Source of the DNA: Lingula anatina
Taxonomy: Eukaryota; Animalia; Brachiopoda
Direction: 5' to 3'
DNA length: 64,000 nucleotides
NCBI GenBank assembly: GCA_051362555.1
Contig: CM120642.1
Coordinates: 30,876,001-30,940,000, forward strand
The translations under genes were made by a program, and so were the position numbers. The notes beneath the pieces were generated by a model that was given only the letters and a program-made list of their open reading frames with translations, was not told where the DNA came from and ran no database searches. Positions 50,601-63,165 of the stretch are shown here, piece after piece; positions within the stretch are counted from its first letter, which is position 1, and every line of letters begins with the position of its first letter.

Positions 50601-51775
50601 TAGCAGCGCAACCTGTTGATTGAGCTGCCTTGGCGGATGTCTATGAATAGGCTATCTAGTTGACTATAATTTTGTATATAGGACCGTGTGCCCTTCTTGC
50701 ACCCCACCGCCTCAAACGTAAACAACGGTATTACGTTGTAGCCGAAATGTAAAGCAACGTTTTGCGTTTTGACTTGATATAATTTGACGCTTGTTATAAT
50801 TTATGCTTATCAAAAATGCAGTTGATTTTTGTTGGATCAGTGCAAGTGTGCATTTATTTGGAAGATTTTTATTCAGCATTTGCTATTTCATAGAAGACAA
50901 TGCACACATAAGTATATCAAAGGCCAATGTTTTCTTCCAGCATTCTACATAAAAAGACATCAGCAAAATGACAAGTTTCACCTTTATTACAGGATTAAAC
51001 TTTTAGCCACAGCCAAGACGAGGTTTTCAACCGATGGTTTAAACAGTCTGGCTGGGAAATACTCTGTGCTCAGAGTGGAACAACTTCCATTGTACACACG
51101 AATCGAAGTAGACCTGGATGAAAAGGGAATTTTTATGGTAATTAAGGGCTAATTTACAATGAAACTATCGTACTACGTAGATCGATCCAACTCCGCGGGG
51201 ACTCTTGCTGAATGCAATCAGATTAGTGGGTCAACACGCCTCCTCTCGTTTGCCTCGCACCCGTATAATTACCAGGTTATTCTGTATTCTATTCAAAGCC
51301 AGGAGGAGGCGTGTTTTAAATTAAAATTTGTAAATCTTGCATTCACCAAGAGTCACCACGACGTTTGATCCATATACTTTGAACGACAGTTTCACTAGAA
51401 AAGAGCCTTAATTTTTAGAATTCAAACACGAGTACGTGTATAGATTTGATCACGAACTACCTTTGTGTTTTTTCTTTTTTTTTTCCTCTCTTTTTCATCG
51501 TCTCTGCCTGCCTGTTTGTCAATCACCCACTTATATTAAAATTGTTTTTCGTCTACTTCCTGTTAAAAACCGCATTGATTACATATTTTGTTACATTTCA
51601 GCAAAAACAGGTGGAAAAGTTTCGAAACAATAGCTTTATACAAGGTGCTCTTAAGATGAACGAGACCTTCATAACCATGCCCTCAACTACCACGTCCACC
51701 ACACCGAAGCCAACAACTACTACGCGATCAGTGCCACAGCAACTTCTGCATCTTATAAAGTCTGTTTTTAAATGA
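46321..51775 (+). CDS. bre-4: GT7 beta-1,4-N-acetylgalactosaminyltransferase (bre-4-like, LacdiNAc synthase). Exons 46321-46831, 47311-47549, 48073-48260, 48528-48650, 50186-50293, 50993-51137, 51602-51775
   Basis: Type II TM anchor and S/T-rich stem; motifs GGRWKPKDC, VAIIIPFRER, FNRAMLMNVG, FHDVD (DxD), PRHMSV, YIFGGV, GWGGEDDD, RYKMIKH, DGLNSL. GT-AG phase-consistent introns. Ile at the position of beta4GalT1 Tyr289. Confidence 0.9.
46848..47084. mobile_element. Harbinger-like hairpin MITE (copy 2)
   Basis: Homologous to 27477-27727; inverted arms GGGACTTTCGCTGAATG / CATTCAGTGAGAGTCCC; ends ATGAGCCC. Confidence 0.7.
49235..49376. mobile_element. MITE with 16-bp perfect TIR; related copy at ~4622-4710
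   Basis: CCTACCCTCTACCAGG / CCTGGTAGAGGGTAGG flanked by the direct repeat CACCA; internal ACAGATTGA...AGATATTC.CAGAT...AAATAGACAG shared with 4622-4710. Confidence 0.75.
50361..50661 (+). mobile_element. Probable non-autonomous Helentron-type element (HINE-like)
   Basis: Subterminal inverted pair CCTCCTCCAAG / CTTGGCGGATG, 5' GGAGGTTA block and 3' CTAGTT end. Confidence 0.45.
51146..51408. mobile_element. Harbinger-like hairpin MITE (copy 3)
   Basis: TAA flanks on both sides of GGGCT...AGCCT; homologous to 27477-27727. Confidence 0.75.
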
Positions 51776-53307
51776 CCTCTCAAGAGAAGACAAAGCTAAG
51801 AGAAACGCAAAGTGGCGAATGGCCTCTCAGGAGAAGACGAAGCTAAGAGAAGAGAGAAGCGGTGATATGTCTGTCACGTCCCTTCATCAGTCCACATGCA
51901 GCTTGGGCCACCTACTTAAGATGAATACTGAGGCAGACGTGGGTAACAAAGCCGGGGGTTGGTCTCACGACGCCGTCCCGCGCTGCAAATGCCAGCGAGA
52001 CAGTTTAATCGTTAAAAAGCTTTATTTTTGAGAAAATCCGAAGGATTTCACGAAGTTGTTATTTACTTCTCTCCAAGGATTATGCCTAAAACGCTGTTAT
52101 CTAGTAAATGACATTTTACTAGTTTGCTTTTGCTTGAGATGTGATACATTCGATGCAGCTCATAGACATTTTACAATCTGCAGGCTGTAATTATATAGAA
52201 GTAAGTCAATGTTTTTATAATTAAGGGTGAGAATTACTTACAAACGTGTAAGGGGCAACTTATGAAAGTCTACATTTACTACCTTTTTGTTTTATTTTGA
52301 TCATAAATAAACAGAGAAAAAATAAATAAAAAATTATTCATGGCAATAATGGTTTGTCATTCTGGAGGATTGAGCTTACGAATAAAACCAAATTGGCAAA
52401 AAATGAGCAAAACAAATCGGGGCCAGTATTCCCCTGCTCAGACCCCTTCACAAAGATGACATCAACGTTTTTGCGACTGATTTATTCTATGTATTATACC
52501 AGCTCGAATCTGTACCATAATAACCACGACAAACTGGATACTGCGGCGTCACGTATCAAACTGGTGTCAACAGTAGTATCTCTTCAAGTTGTCTGTCATA
52601 TGTCGTATTTGCCTTCCTTATCACACACTGCTAGTATCTACTGGAAGTACTGTCAAATGCGAGTGATAACATCTCCACGTTGACAATGTCACCAAAGCAG
52701 GGACAGTGAAGAGGGTGGGGGGGGGGACCGCCATTTAAATTATTTTTCGATCATGCAACTTCGTAAGTGTGAAGTTGCTGGGACCGACAGCATATACCTT
52801 TCTAACAATCTAGATAGGAATTATTTTAGGATTGATCTACTCGGATTTCACCTAAAATCTAGAAATCCAAAGTGTTATTTGTGATTTTGCAAGCATGCTC
52901 GACAGTAAATGTACAGAAGGCAAAGGAGTGAGGAAATTCATACACTGATAAAGAATTCTTGTATAAATTTAAGTTTAATCCTTAATTTATAGGAGTTAAA
53001 ACATCATCCATCGTCTTTGGAAAAAAAAAACAGTAAGCAAAGGGAAAATGAACACAAAGGGGTTTATGCCAGAGCATGTGCTTGATCACCATCTATAAAG
53101 TAAATGAAATATGGGCCTCTTAAATGGCACTTAAATATTGACTGTTGTGACCTTGGACAAAAACGATGGGCCGTCTTTAAAGGTACATTTTAAGCCGAAA
53201 AAGCAAGCTAAGGTGTGTCACGAATGAACGGAGCTGAATGCTAATGCTTGACAATGAAGCTCATCCAGCAAAGCAGGGTGCTTTTTTTCACAACTTGGCA
53301 CATGCAC

Positions 53308-53308
53308 A

Positions 53309-53352
<44 letters not shown>
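53308..53352. repeat. (AAT)n microsatellite
   Basis: Visible run. Confidence 0.9.
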
Positions 53353-53356
<4 letters not shown>

Positions 53357-53391
53357 AGGAACTTTATCATATCATTATGCAATCGCAAGTG

Positions 53392-55400
53392 TTATATTTC
53401 ATAAAGATTCATTTTATTTAACTCTTCTCTTTTCTTGTCGTCTGCTTTCGAAATGTTTTTCGTCTTGCTGTCACGTGGCGCGGCGTTGTCCTTGTGGACG
53501 GTCACGTGATACTGCAGGGCAACGGAATAAGTTGGGGGAGTGGAGCAGAAGTCGTTAAAATCGACAATTTCCAACCCGTCGTCGGTGACGTATGTGCCCC
53601 TGGCTGTTGGTTTCATTGGTACCATCTGTCCGGTGATCTTGTCCCCCTGTTTGGAGGTGGAGGTGACAGACGCGTTCCTTTGTACACCAGACAAAGTGTA
53701 TTCCCCGGAATCGGCTGCCTGAAGATTCAAGGTGATGTTTGAAGTAATTCTCGTCTCCTCATCAGAGCTAGGTTCAGTCGCCACGCCAGTCTTCTTTTTT
53801 TCTTTACAGCAAAATAGCAGAACAAGGAAACCGCAGCAGCAGCAGGACAGCAGCACGGCGAAACCAGTGCTCACGGAGAAAATAATTAAGGTCGTTTCGT
53901 CTTCAAGAAAGTGGCCCTTGTCATTGGTCCCAATCCTCGCTTGGGCACTTTGGTTCGATTTCACCTCAGTGGTGATACGTTCACGAGGAGACTTAAATCC
54001 ACTTGTTGTTCCTGTTTCTGCCGGCGTCACTTCTAAGACTTTGGTTTCGAAAGCCGTTGTTATTGAGGCGGCATCCGTTGTTGTCAAATCGCTTCCGCCC
54101 ACAGCTGCAATTGTCAGGAAAATTAGGATTAAATATGTTGCTCGTGGATAGTTTTGTATTATGTTTATTTTGGAGCGATTTATGGCTACTGACTGACATG
54201 ATCTGCAAAGCCACTCAGTTAATTTGGCATTTTAACAGAATCTATGCTAAACGAGCAGACAATCGCACAGAAAAGTAAAAATTCTCTAAGCAATGTCACC
54301 GTTCATCAGAATTATCGATATTTCACTTATTGCAGTTGATGCTAATACTTGTTAACTTACTCCAAACACTAGAAATAATTAGTTATTTGTAAATTACAAG
54401 TTAATGCTTTGGCAAATCTAACAATCTTTATATTGTGCAGCTGCAGCATACGGTTTTAGGGTTGTATAACCAAATTCTAACCTTGACAAAGAGCGCTGGA
54501 GATTTCACACACTATATCAGAAAGCGAATCAAAGTTCAGTACGCTAAATACGTGAGTGTCATTTGGTTTGCTGGCAATGGAAGCTAGTTCATTGAAGTCG
54601 ACCATGGTAGCGTTTCCAATTCCTATGCAGTATATTTGCATCCCTTCCTTCCGAATTAAATCTGCCTCGTGTATGGTTTGAAGTTTGTCGCTTGATTCAC
54701 CGTCAGTGAGAAGAATAACCACTTTAGGCACATTATGTTTTATATTGTTTTTATAATGTGGATTTTGAGGATTAAATAAACTCGTTCGAATATGAGATAA
54801 CCCTTTATGCGTTTCGGTAGCACCGCCGTTATGCACGATTTGCCTTATTCCTTCTGTAACGTCACCGTGGTCTTCTGTCCAACTAAAAGCGTCTCTGTAG
54901 CCATTGCTGAAGAGTGTTAATGCAACATGTGTTTGGGTTTTGCCGATGGTCAATGAGTCGGTGATGCTGTTCAAAAATCTAAGCATCTTTTTGAAACTGT
55001 TCTCATCAATACTGCTTGAGTCGTCTACCAGGAAAGCGATATCACCTTCGCCATTTTCACAACTGCAGTTGAATGTGCCAGTTTGTGAGTAACCACCTGA
55101 AATATGTATCTTAAAAATGAATCTAATGCAATGATCTTATAAAAAAAGAAAAGGGCAATAGCATAAAGGGCATCATTAGTGATATAAACAGATGGAAACT
55201 TTTTATTGAATTATTATCGATGAAAATTTTACTCTAGGCGTTTGTCATTCGAAAATCCATAAATCATCAAGACAGGATATTTCTTGAATGTAACTTGCAA
55301 TGAGAAAACATATTTATTATTAATTTGTAATAGTAAACTTACCTGCGTAAAAGAAAACATGAAAGCACCAAAATGCAACAATAAGATACCACGGCTTCAT
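53392..55400 (-). CDS. vWA-domain type I membrane protein (short paralog). Exons 55400-55343, 55096-54482, 54104-53392
   Basis: Signal peptide MKPWYLIVAFWCFHVFFYAG; vWA with MIDAS (DIAFLVDDSSS, GGATET, LLTDGES); Thr-rich stalk; TM helix with a Cys cluster; cytoplasmic PPTY. TATAAAA about 85 bp upstream (~55482-55488). Confidence 0.85.
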
Positions 55401-57213
55401 TTTGTCAGCCCAGTGCTGTCAAACACCCAAGGCCGCAAATGAATCTTAAATTTGTGATTTGTTTCGTCACCCTATCGGCTTTTATAGCAGTATAATCATA
55501 CAAACGCTCGTTATGGGCCCATCACCCCGAGATTCAGAAAGCTGACGTTGACTTTATTAATATTAATATAATTACATATCCACAGGACCCCAGTTTTAAT
55601 TGTTCAGTGGTCAGGTTCTAATAAATTAACAATGTGGTAAAATGGTATCACTATTAAAAACATTAGATTGTTTAAAAGCACCAGAAATGCCGTATATACT
55701 ATCGTATTTTAAATGAGGTTGCAGATGGTTTTTCATGGCCCCCAATAACATTTTAACAACTTGAAGATACAGTTTTTACAATATTTTTTTCAAAAGAATA
55801 CTGGATAACCTTAAACAAGCGTCAATGTGCGTGATATTATCGAGAAAAAACTAAGAGCCACGGTCAATTACATGTACATGCGACATTCAGGGTATTGTAC
55901 GTAACACAATCACAGCGATAAAACCAATCACAAACGGAGGCTATAACCGAGCCAGCGACAGGTGATAAGTTTGTATATTGGGCTGGGAAACCACAAGTTG
56001 GTCTTCCACGGTGGGTATCAAGGGTCCGTGCTGAACTTAGTTTTTGGTGCACTTGAATCTGTTTTGGTTATTTCGCATACGTTGTATTGAGTTACTGTTT
56101 GTATTCCATAAGCTGTAGCGCGAATTGTACCACATCAGAGGCAAGATACAGTGTGAGAGTGTAAAATGGCAATAATGAAATGTCGAAAAACATATTTTAA
56201 AGTCTGAAAAAGTGTCACGAAGGACCGCCCACAATAAATTGATCTTGCTATCGATGTTTTCTATTACATACCATGGCATATAACTACTTTGCATATTCTC
56301 TTTATCAAAATACCTGTAATTAATCAAATGTCCTGCGAAAATTTGGCCCATGTAACGCTCACTTTCGGTCTGTCTTTGAACATAATGTCTTTCTCTTTTA
56401 CTGAAAAATTCTTAATCTGTCCTAGGACATTCTGAAGGACTTCCCAAAAACAGTTCTCGGATTTTTACATCCATTACAGAACAACATTAGAACTGTAAAA
56501 AAATACACCAAATGTTCTAGAATAGATTGAGAACTGAACGTTAAATGAGACAAATTTTCGCATGGGACGTTTCATATGGAGCATACGTGTATGATAACTT
56601 GTCCTTAAAAGCAACACATGGGTTAAAACACGAGACAACAATTATCTACTCCAGTATCAAACACAAACCTTTTGAGTCCAAGGTTAATCAGATGGGGCTT
56701 ATCTCTTCACGTGAACAGAGAAAGACAAACCAGTATTATCAACACTTAAATTTTATCAAGACTAATTCATGTGAACTGTTTTAACATAATAAGCTAACAT
56801 GCGTGAGTTATATTCACTTCTGTTTCAGAAGCACATTTTGACGCGTTTTCCCTGAACGAAAGGTTTGTTTACGCTATACAGATAACAACATTTAGTTTCT
56901 AATGCTCACTCACAGATACGTAAAGTGATAATATATCGGTAAGGTGAACACGTACAGATCACCATCTCAAAGCAAATAAAGATAAGATAAGTTTAACATT
57001 TCTCTTCCATGCTTGATTTATTCACTGCGTTTTTAAAGATGGCCACAAAGAAAAAAGAAACACTACTTTAAGTTTAATCTCTATTGGTGATATTTCATCG
57101 GGATTTTTTCATTTTTGTTTTGAAGTCGTCAGGAATGAGCATTAAAATACAGCCTATTTTGAAAAGAAATGGCCTTGCAGTGCTGAATTATGTAATTTTA
57201 TCCAGTTTTGAAG

Positions 57214-60200
57214 TCAAAACATCAAGTTTTTGGCAGCAACCGAATCTCTGTAATTCCAAGATGGCCGCTGAGTATGATGGCGATGGTTTCTTCTATTGGA
57301 TGTGAATGTAACTTCGCTCTTGAGCGCGATGGAGTAAGATGGTGGCGTGCTTCCATAGCCGTCGAAATCCTGCATCTCCAAACCGTCTGGCGTGACAGTT
57401 CGTCCCTGGGATATTGTTTTCACAGGGACTGACCTGTCCGTCGATAGAGGTTTATACGTCGCTTTGGACGTCATGGTGAAATCAGATTCACTGGGACCTG
57501 GAGTTGTTTGGTCCGTGTTGTTGTTGTTTAGTTCTTCGACAAAGAAGGTGTGCTTCTCACGGCGCCGTCGCCTGTATAATAATATGAAAAGCAAAAGGCA
57601 ACACAACAGCAGGATAAAACTAGCTCCAACGGTTATACCAAAAGTGACTTTGGTTACAACACTCGCATTGTCCAAAAAGAATATTCCGTGATTGTTTATC
57701 ACAGCAGCCGGGTTTGGTTTTGAGGTTGTATTAAAGGTCCCAAATGGAATATCTACTGCAAGATCCTCGTCCACAAGGCCGTCATCATCGTCGTCAATGC
57801 CATTGGATTTCTCCTCGTCAATTGAGCCATCACAATCGTTATCAGCATTGTCACCCGGTAGCGAGTACCCAGTTGGCCTGCAATACTGTCCCAAGGGAGC
57901 GAACCGGCTACCTGCCGAAAAGCCAAATCCTCCAGAGCGAGTGAAACCGTACACATTGGCTGAGAAGACAACTGTAGGGGACGTATGGTACAGGGCATGA
58001 ACTTTTTCAGTGACTTTCAGCGCGGCTGAAACGTACGGAGAGTTTGGTACAGGAGACCAGGCTCCGACGATGTTCGAACTGTCTAGCTGATAGCCGTCTA
58101 TACGCAGTCCTTCGCTATATCTCCTCTCGATGACAATGTTCACATAAACGTCGTTAATTTCCTCAGAGTCGTCCCGAGTGGTTTCCGGGGGGCTGATGAC
58201 GTAATAGGACTGCCACTGCTCGGCTGGCGAGAGAGTTATCATAAAGGCCTGACTTGGCATGCCATCTAAGTTGGTTGTAAACGGAAACAGAATCAAGAGT
58301 GAATGTCTTTCAAAATTAGTTACCGGATAAATCAAGAACTGAAAGCAAGAAATTCAAGAAAGAGCAACGGACATCAACAGTGGACTGCTTGAAATCGGCG
58401 ACAATATCTTTTTATCAACACAGAGAAGACATTAGCAATTAGACAACGTCACAAATTATCAGAGCAGGTAGTAAGTAACTGACCTGACAGGCTATACTGT
58501 GTTACAAGGACCCCGGTGTCGCTCTCCACATACAGGTGCTCCGAACTTGTGCCATTTACACGGATAAAACTTTGTGGGTGGAGCGCGATAGTTTCAGTAG
58601 AATGGTGATCCGATGATATAGTGACTTTTGTGTTTTCAAAGGCAGCTTAAATGCAGAACAGACTCAGTTTGAAATTGGCAGTCTAGACACCATTGTAAAA
58701 TACATAAAAGCTCTTGGCCTATAATACAATTCAGTCTATGAGATGATTTTTGCTCGAAAATTTTCTTGACAATAATTTAGTCATATATTAAGGCAAAATG
58801 TCTTGCAGATAGTATCTACTTAATATCAAATCTCTGTGCATACTTTGAAGATCGAAGCGGGTAAATAGTAAACAGTTACCTAGAATACTAATGGTATATC
58901 CGGCCTTGCGATCCTGCAATGGACTCACCGCAAATTGTTTGCCGAGTGTTTTAACCGGGGGTATCATTTCCTCAAGATGGTCTTCACTCTGGCCGTGAAA
59001 GGAATCGCCGTGATGGTTCCCGTAAACGTTCGTGCCTGAATTCCCAGAATTCACTGCCACGGGATAATTGGCTGTCACCATGGTACCCGACAGGTCATGC
59101 GCACTTTGTATCTGGACCGCGTCGTATTGTTTTAGAGGAATGATGATTGTGTCACCGCTTGAGTATAAAGTATTGTTGAAGGTGACCGTCACAGGCAGCT
59201 GTTTCTTTGGTGGGAGAGAAATTCGCACGACAGTATTGGCCTTGGTGCTCGACACACCTACGATAAAAGTAATACAAAATATAAGACTGAAATGGGTGAA
59301 GGGATATAATTATTGGTTCATGGAATGCGTAATAGTGGAAAGGTTTACTGTATCACCAATGATGCAGAATGCTTCACAGAAATGGCAGCCTAATAACCAG
59401 ATGTTAATTGTGCCATACATATGTACACAGAATGGCAGGCAGTTCGTCTATGTGGCCTGCCAACAAAACGCAGACATTATTGTAACTTAACAACAACCAG
59501 TTTTCCACATTTACTGCCAAGACAAGGTTTTCATTTCTGAGTTGAGAACCTGTCAACAATCTGCATCAATACCTACTGAAGTCACGTGTTTATTTTGTCA
59601 TTTTTACCTATCTGTGACCTCCCAGTTGCCCCTTGCCATGACGGAATCAGGTACTGCCGGCCCAGGGACGTTTCTGGAATGACGTAAAAACCGTCTGAAC
59701 TCTGGGAAGCCTGGTTCATGACAAACACATACACAGCGCCGGTTGCTTGAACACGTACGGTTTTCGAGGATATTTCTGTTTCCTCTAGCTGCATACTGCG
59801 GGGAATGTGTACCTCCACAGGTGATAGGTATCGAACCGTGATCTGAAATTGAACGATCAATCAATCAATCAATCAATCAAAAAGAGATGTAAATTATGAT
59901 TCATCCAGTTGTGATGTTCAAATGTAAAACTATTAACACTAATACCGGACGCTCACTTAGATCTGCTAGATGTTTATGCACCAACAACAACACGTGGTCC
60001 TATTATCTAATCCATGGATCAATCAAGCATCAGTTAAGCTCTCGATAATGAGCCAACGCCTTTTACGTATCTTTGCTACCAAATCTACAACAAAAAAGTT
60101 AATAAATCAAAAGAAATGTTGCATCTTATTCAGTAAAAGTCATCAATTCTATAATACTCACTCTTTTGTATAACACGTCCGCAGGGGCATATACGTCCAC

Positions 60201-63165
60201 TGTAACGAGGTTTCGTTGTACTGTCAATATGCTCAACTTTAAGGTACTTGAAGTGTCAGATGGTTTATTCTCACCAAAATTGAACACAAACGTCCTTCCT
60301 CTATGCCCTACGAAGAAAAAAATATGCCTGACACATAAATAGCTGCATTGAGAATATCTGAATATATTAACGACATTATGTCTTTATACATGCATATACC
60401 GGTACACATTCTCTGGTACATCAGTATCTATCACCAAGTATAGATCTATGGTTCGTTAAGTTTTGAAATTTACTCTGACCCATATCTGCAATTGTACCAC
60501 TTAACGACAGTTATCCCACTGAATCTTAATCAATGACAGTATTTTATGGTACTTTATTTTATAAACAAAAGTAAAAACGATCCTACTGGATATCAAGAAG
60601 CATATAAATTAATATAAAAACATACCAATGCGGGGTAATGGTGAAGTTGCCAGCCCTGCAGCAGATCCCTCATTCGTTGGTTTCGACACTATTGTGGTGA
60701 CGAGTGTTGACGATGGTATATGTGTTGTTGTCCTAGCTGATCCTGATGGAGTCGTTTTTGTTGTTGTGGCCTGCAAAGCCTGTCCCACTCTCGTTGTTGC
60801 GGTATCTGTAACAATGACAGGAGGTAATGACAATCGCACTGTTGTTGTGGCGGCCGTCGTTGTCATTTCTGTTGTTGTACCAGGTGTTAATGTCGGCAGT
60901 AGTTCAGAGGTTTCACCAAGTGTTGATGTCAATATTGTTTCGGTCGTTGTTCCAGGCGCTGAAGTCGGTAGTGTTTTGGTTGTTCCAAGGGCTGATGTTG
61001 GCAGTGTTTCAGTTGAAGTACCAAGTGTCAATGGCGGCGGCACTTTTGTTATTGTTGTTTTTGTTCCAGATGTTGTCTTTGGCAGCACATTTGATGTTGA
61101 TCCAGTCGTTGTTGGCGGTGGTACATTTGTTGTTGTTGTACCTGGCGTTGATGTCGGCGGTACTTCAGTTGTTGTACCAGGTGTTGTCGTCGGCGGTACT
61201 TCAGTTGTTGTACCAGTTGTTGTCGTTGGCAGTAATTTAGTTGTTGTACCAGGTGTTGTCGTCGGCGGTACTTCTGTTGTTGTACCAGGTGTTGTCGTCG
61301 GCGGTACTTCAGTTGTTGTACCAGGTGTTGTCGTCGGTGGTACTTCTTTTGTTGTACCAGGTGGTGTCGTTGGCAGTAAATCAGTTGTTGTACCAGGTGT
61401 TGTCGTCGGCGGTACTTCTGTTGTTGTGCCAGGTGCTGTCGTCGGAGGTATTTCAGTTGTTGTACCAGGTGGTGTCGTTGAAGGTAATTCAGTTGTACCA
61501 GGTGTTGTGGTCGGCGGTATTTCAGTTGGTGTACCAGCTGTTGCCGTTGGTGATACTTCAGTTGTTGTACCAGGTGGTGTCGTGGGTAGTACTTCAGTTG
61601 TTGTACCAGGTGGTGTCGTCGGTAGGAATACCGTGGTAACAGCCGATGTAGACAGTTGGAATTCTCTTCCGGTTTTTACACTAATCAGAGAAGGAATTTT
61701 TTTAGGGGCTTCTGTTGTTAAAGTCTCCTTAGTCGGTGTCTCTGTGGTAAGGTCCAGTAATGCACTGGTTATGCCTTTTGTCACAGTGGAGGTCTCTGTC
61801 GAGGATGAGAAGCGAGGATCCTTAGTCGGCAGAGAGCTGTGTATTGCCTTCAGTGCTTCACCAACAGCTTGAAAAGGAATATTCCATACTGTGTTACTAT
61901 GATGATATACGGTAATGTTGTTACCAAAGCAGTCGCATGAAATTTTTACTATACTTTACTATACAAGATACAATTACTGTCATATTTATGCAAGGCGTCA
62001 TATAAACACTCTATTCAACGGATAACTGGACGTAGAACTATGTTTGAATATTCAGCCGATAGTTCTTTTTTAACAAGTTTATGAATATTTATTTTAAAGC
62101 TTTGCACGCTGTACCATTGGAAATAATGACACCTATATATTTATAAATTGTGAGGCTTATGTAACGTACCTTTACAAATGCTCCTGGACACTCTATCACC
62201 GATACTGCTTAGCGCTGTAAAATCATCAACGCTATAAACATGGCTGTCATCAGGATCGCTGGCAATGGCTTGAAGCTCATTGTAGTCTGTGCTGTTACCA
62301 ATACCAATAGCAAATATCTCTATACCTTGCTTCTGAGCTAATTCTGCTTCCTTTTTGGTCTCGGTGAGGTTGTCGGAAACTCCGTCAGTTATCACAATGG
62401 CGACTTGCGGAATTCCTTTTCTAGCACCAGGACCAGGCTTAAGGGGGTTTAAATGTGCCAACCTTGCTAAACGTATAGCTTGATGAGTGGCTGTCCCTCC
62501 GCCTTGCTGCGCTACAGCATCTATCTTATTCAAAACATCTGTTTTGCTCGTGGTGTCTCGCAAAGTAAACTGTATTTTGTAACCATTTCCAAAAGTAATC
62601 ATAGCCACCCGAACGCCGTCTTTGCTGACATTGAAAGACGTGTTCACCATGATGTGAATGAACTGCAAAACTTTCCGGAATTGAGCTGCTTTAATGCTTC
62701 CTGATTCATCCACAAGGAAGGCGACGTCAGCTGCAGAGCTGCAGTCTTAGAAAAAGGTGTTTTTTAATTATACGAAAACAAAAAAATCTTGAAAGTGTTA
62801 CAGCGCTTGTCAAAACTAATAAAAAAGTTAGATTATTACGAACTGGTGGACATTCTAAGCACGGTTAATATCAAAATATCATCTAGGACCAGAGTCAAAA
62901 AATTACTTAAAAGTTGTCACATCTCACAGTCATAGATGACATACGAAAGACACACTCACAAACACGGCCTCTCAGTGGTGGTTTAAGTTGATAGATTGAT
63001 ACATATGTATGTCTACTGTAAACTAAGATAAATAACTACCTGTTGACTCCTCGGGTGATATCATTGTAGTATATGGCAGTGAGGAACTCTGGATAATGGC
63101 TGAAGCACTGGTAGTGAGTAGGGCAACATGACTGTGGCTGCTTGTTTTCAGTTTTTGTTCCACCG
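57214..63165 (-). CDS. Large type I membrane protein: vWA + mucin-like PTT repeats + IgGFc-binding-like region + DNDCDG acidic motif + TM. Exons 63165-63040, 62745-62170, 61867-60626, 60307-60162, 59842-59608, 59257-58880, 58645-58484, 58265-57214; 5' end not located
   Basis: vWA DVAFLVDESGS / GGGTAT / VITDGVS; TTPGTTTEVPP repeats; FCGBP N-terminal-like motifs (GRTFVFNF, SSDGFYVIPETSLGRQY, DLSGTMVTANYPVAVNSG, DHLEEMIPPV); GDNADNDCDGSIDEE..NGIDDDDDGLVDED; TM followed by RRRRR; PPSY tail. GT-AG phase-consistent exons. Confidence 0.85.
61020..61625 (-). repeat. 36-bp coding minisatellite (12-aa PTTTPGTTTEVP units)
   Basis: Repeated TCAGTTGTTGTACCAGGTGTTGTCGTCGGCGGTACT on the plus strand. Confidence 0.9.

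Noticed and set aside
61020-61625. Regular 36-bp periodic array as a possible CRISPR
   Set aside because: No unique spacers, in-frame coding repeat, eukaryotic context, no cas genes.
60628-61872. 414-aa Val/Gly-rich plus-strand ORF and overlapping Leu-rich ORFs
   Set aside because: Antisense shadows of the mucin exon, which has proper splice sites on the minus strand.
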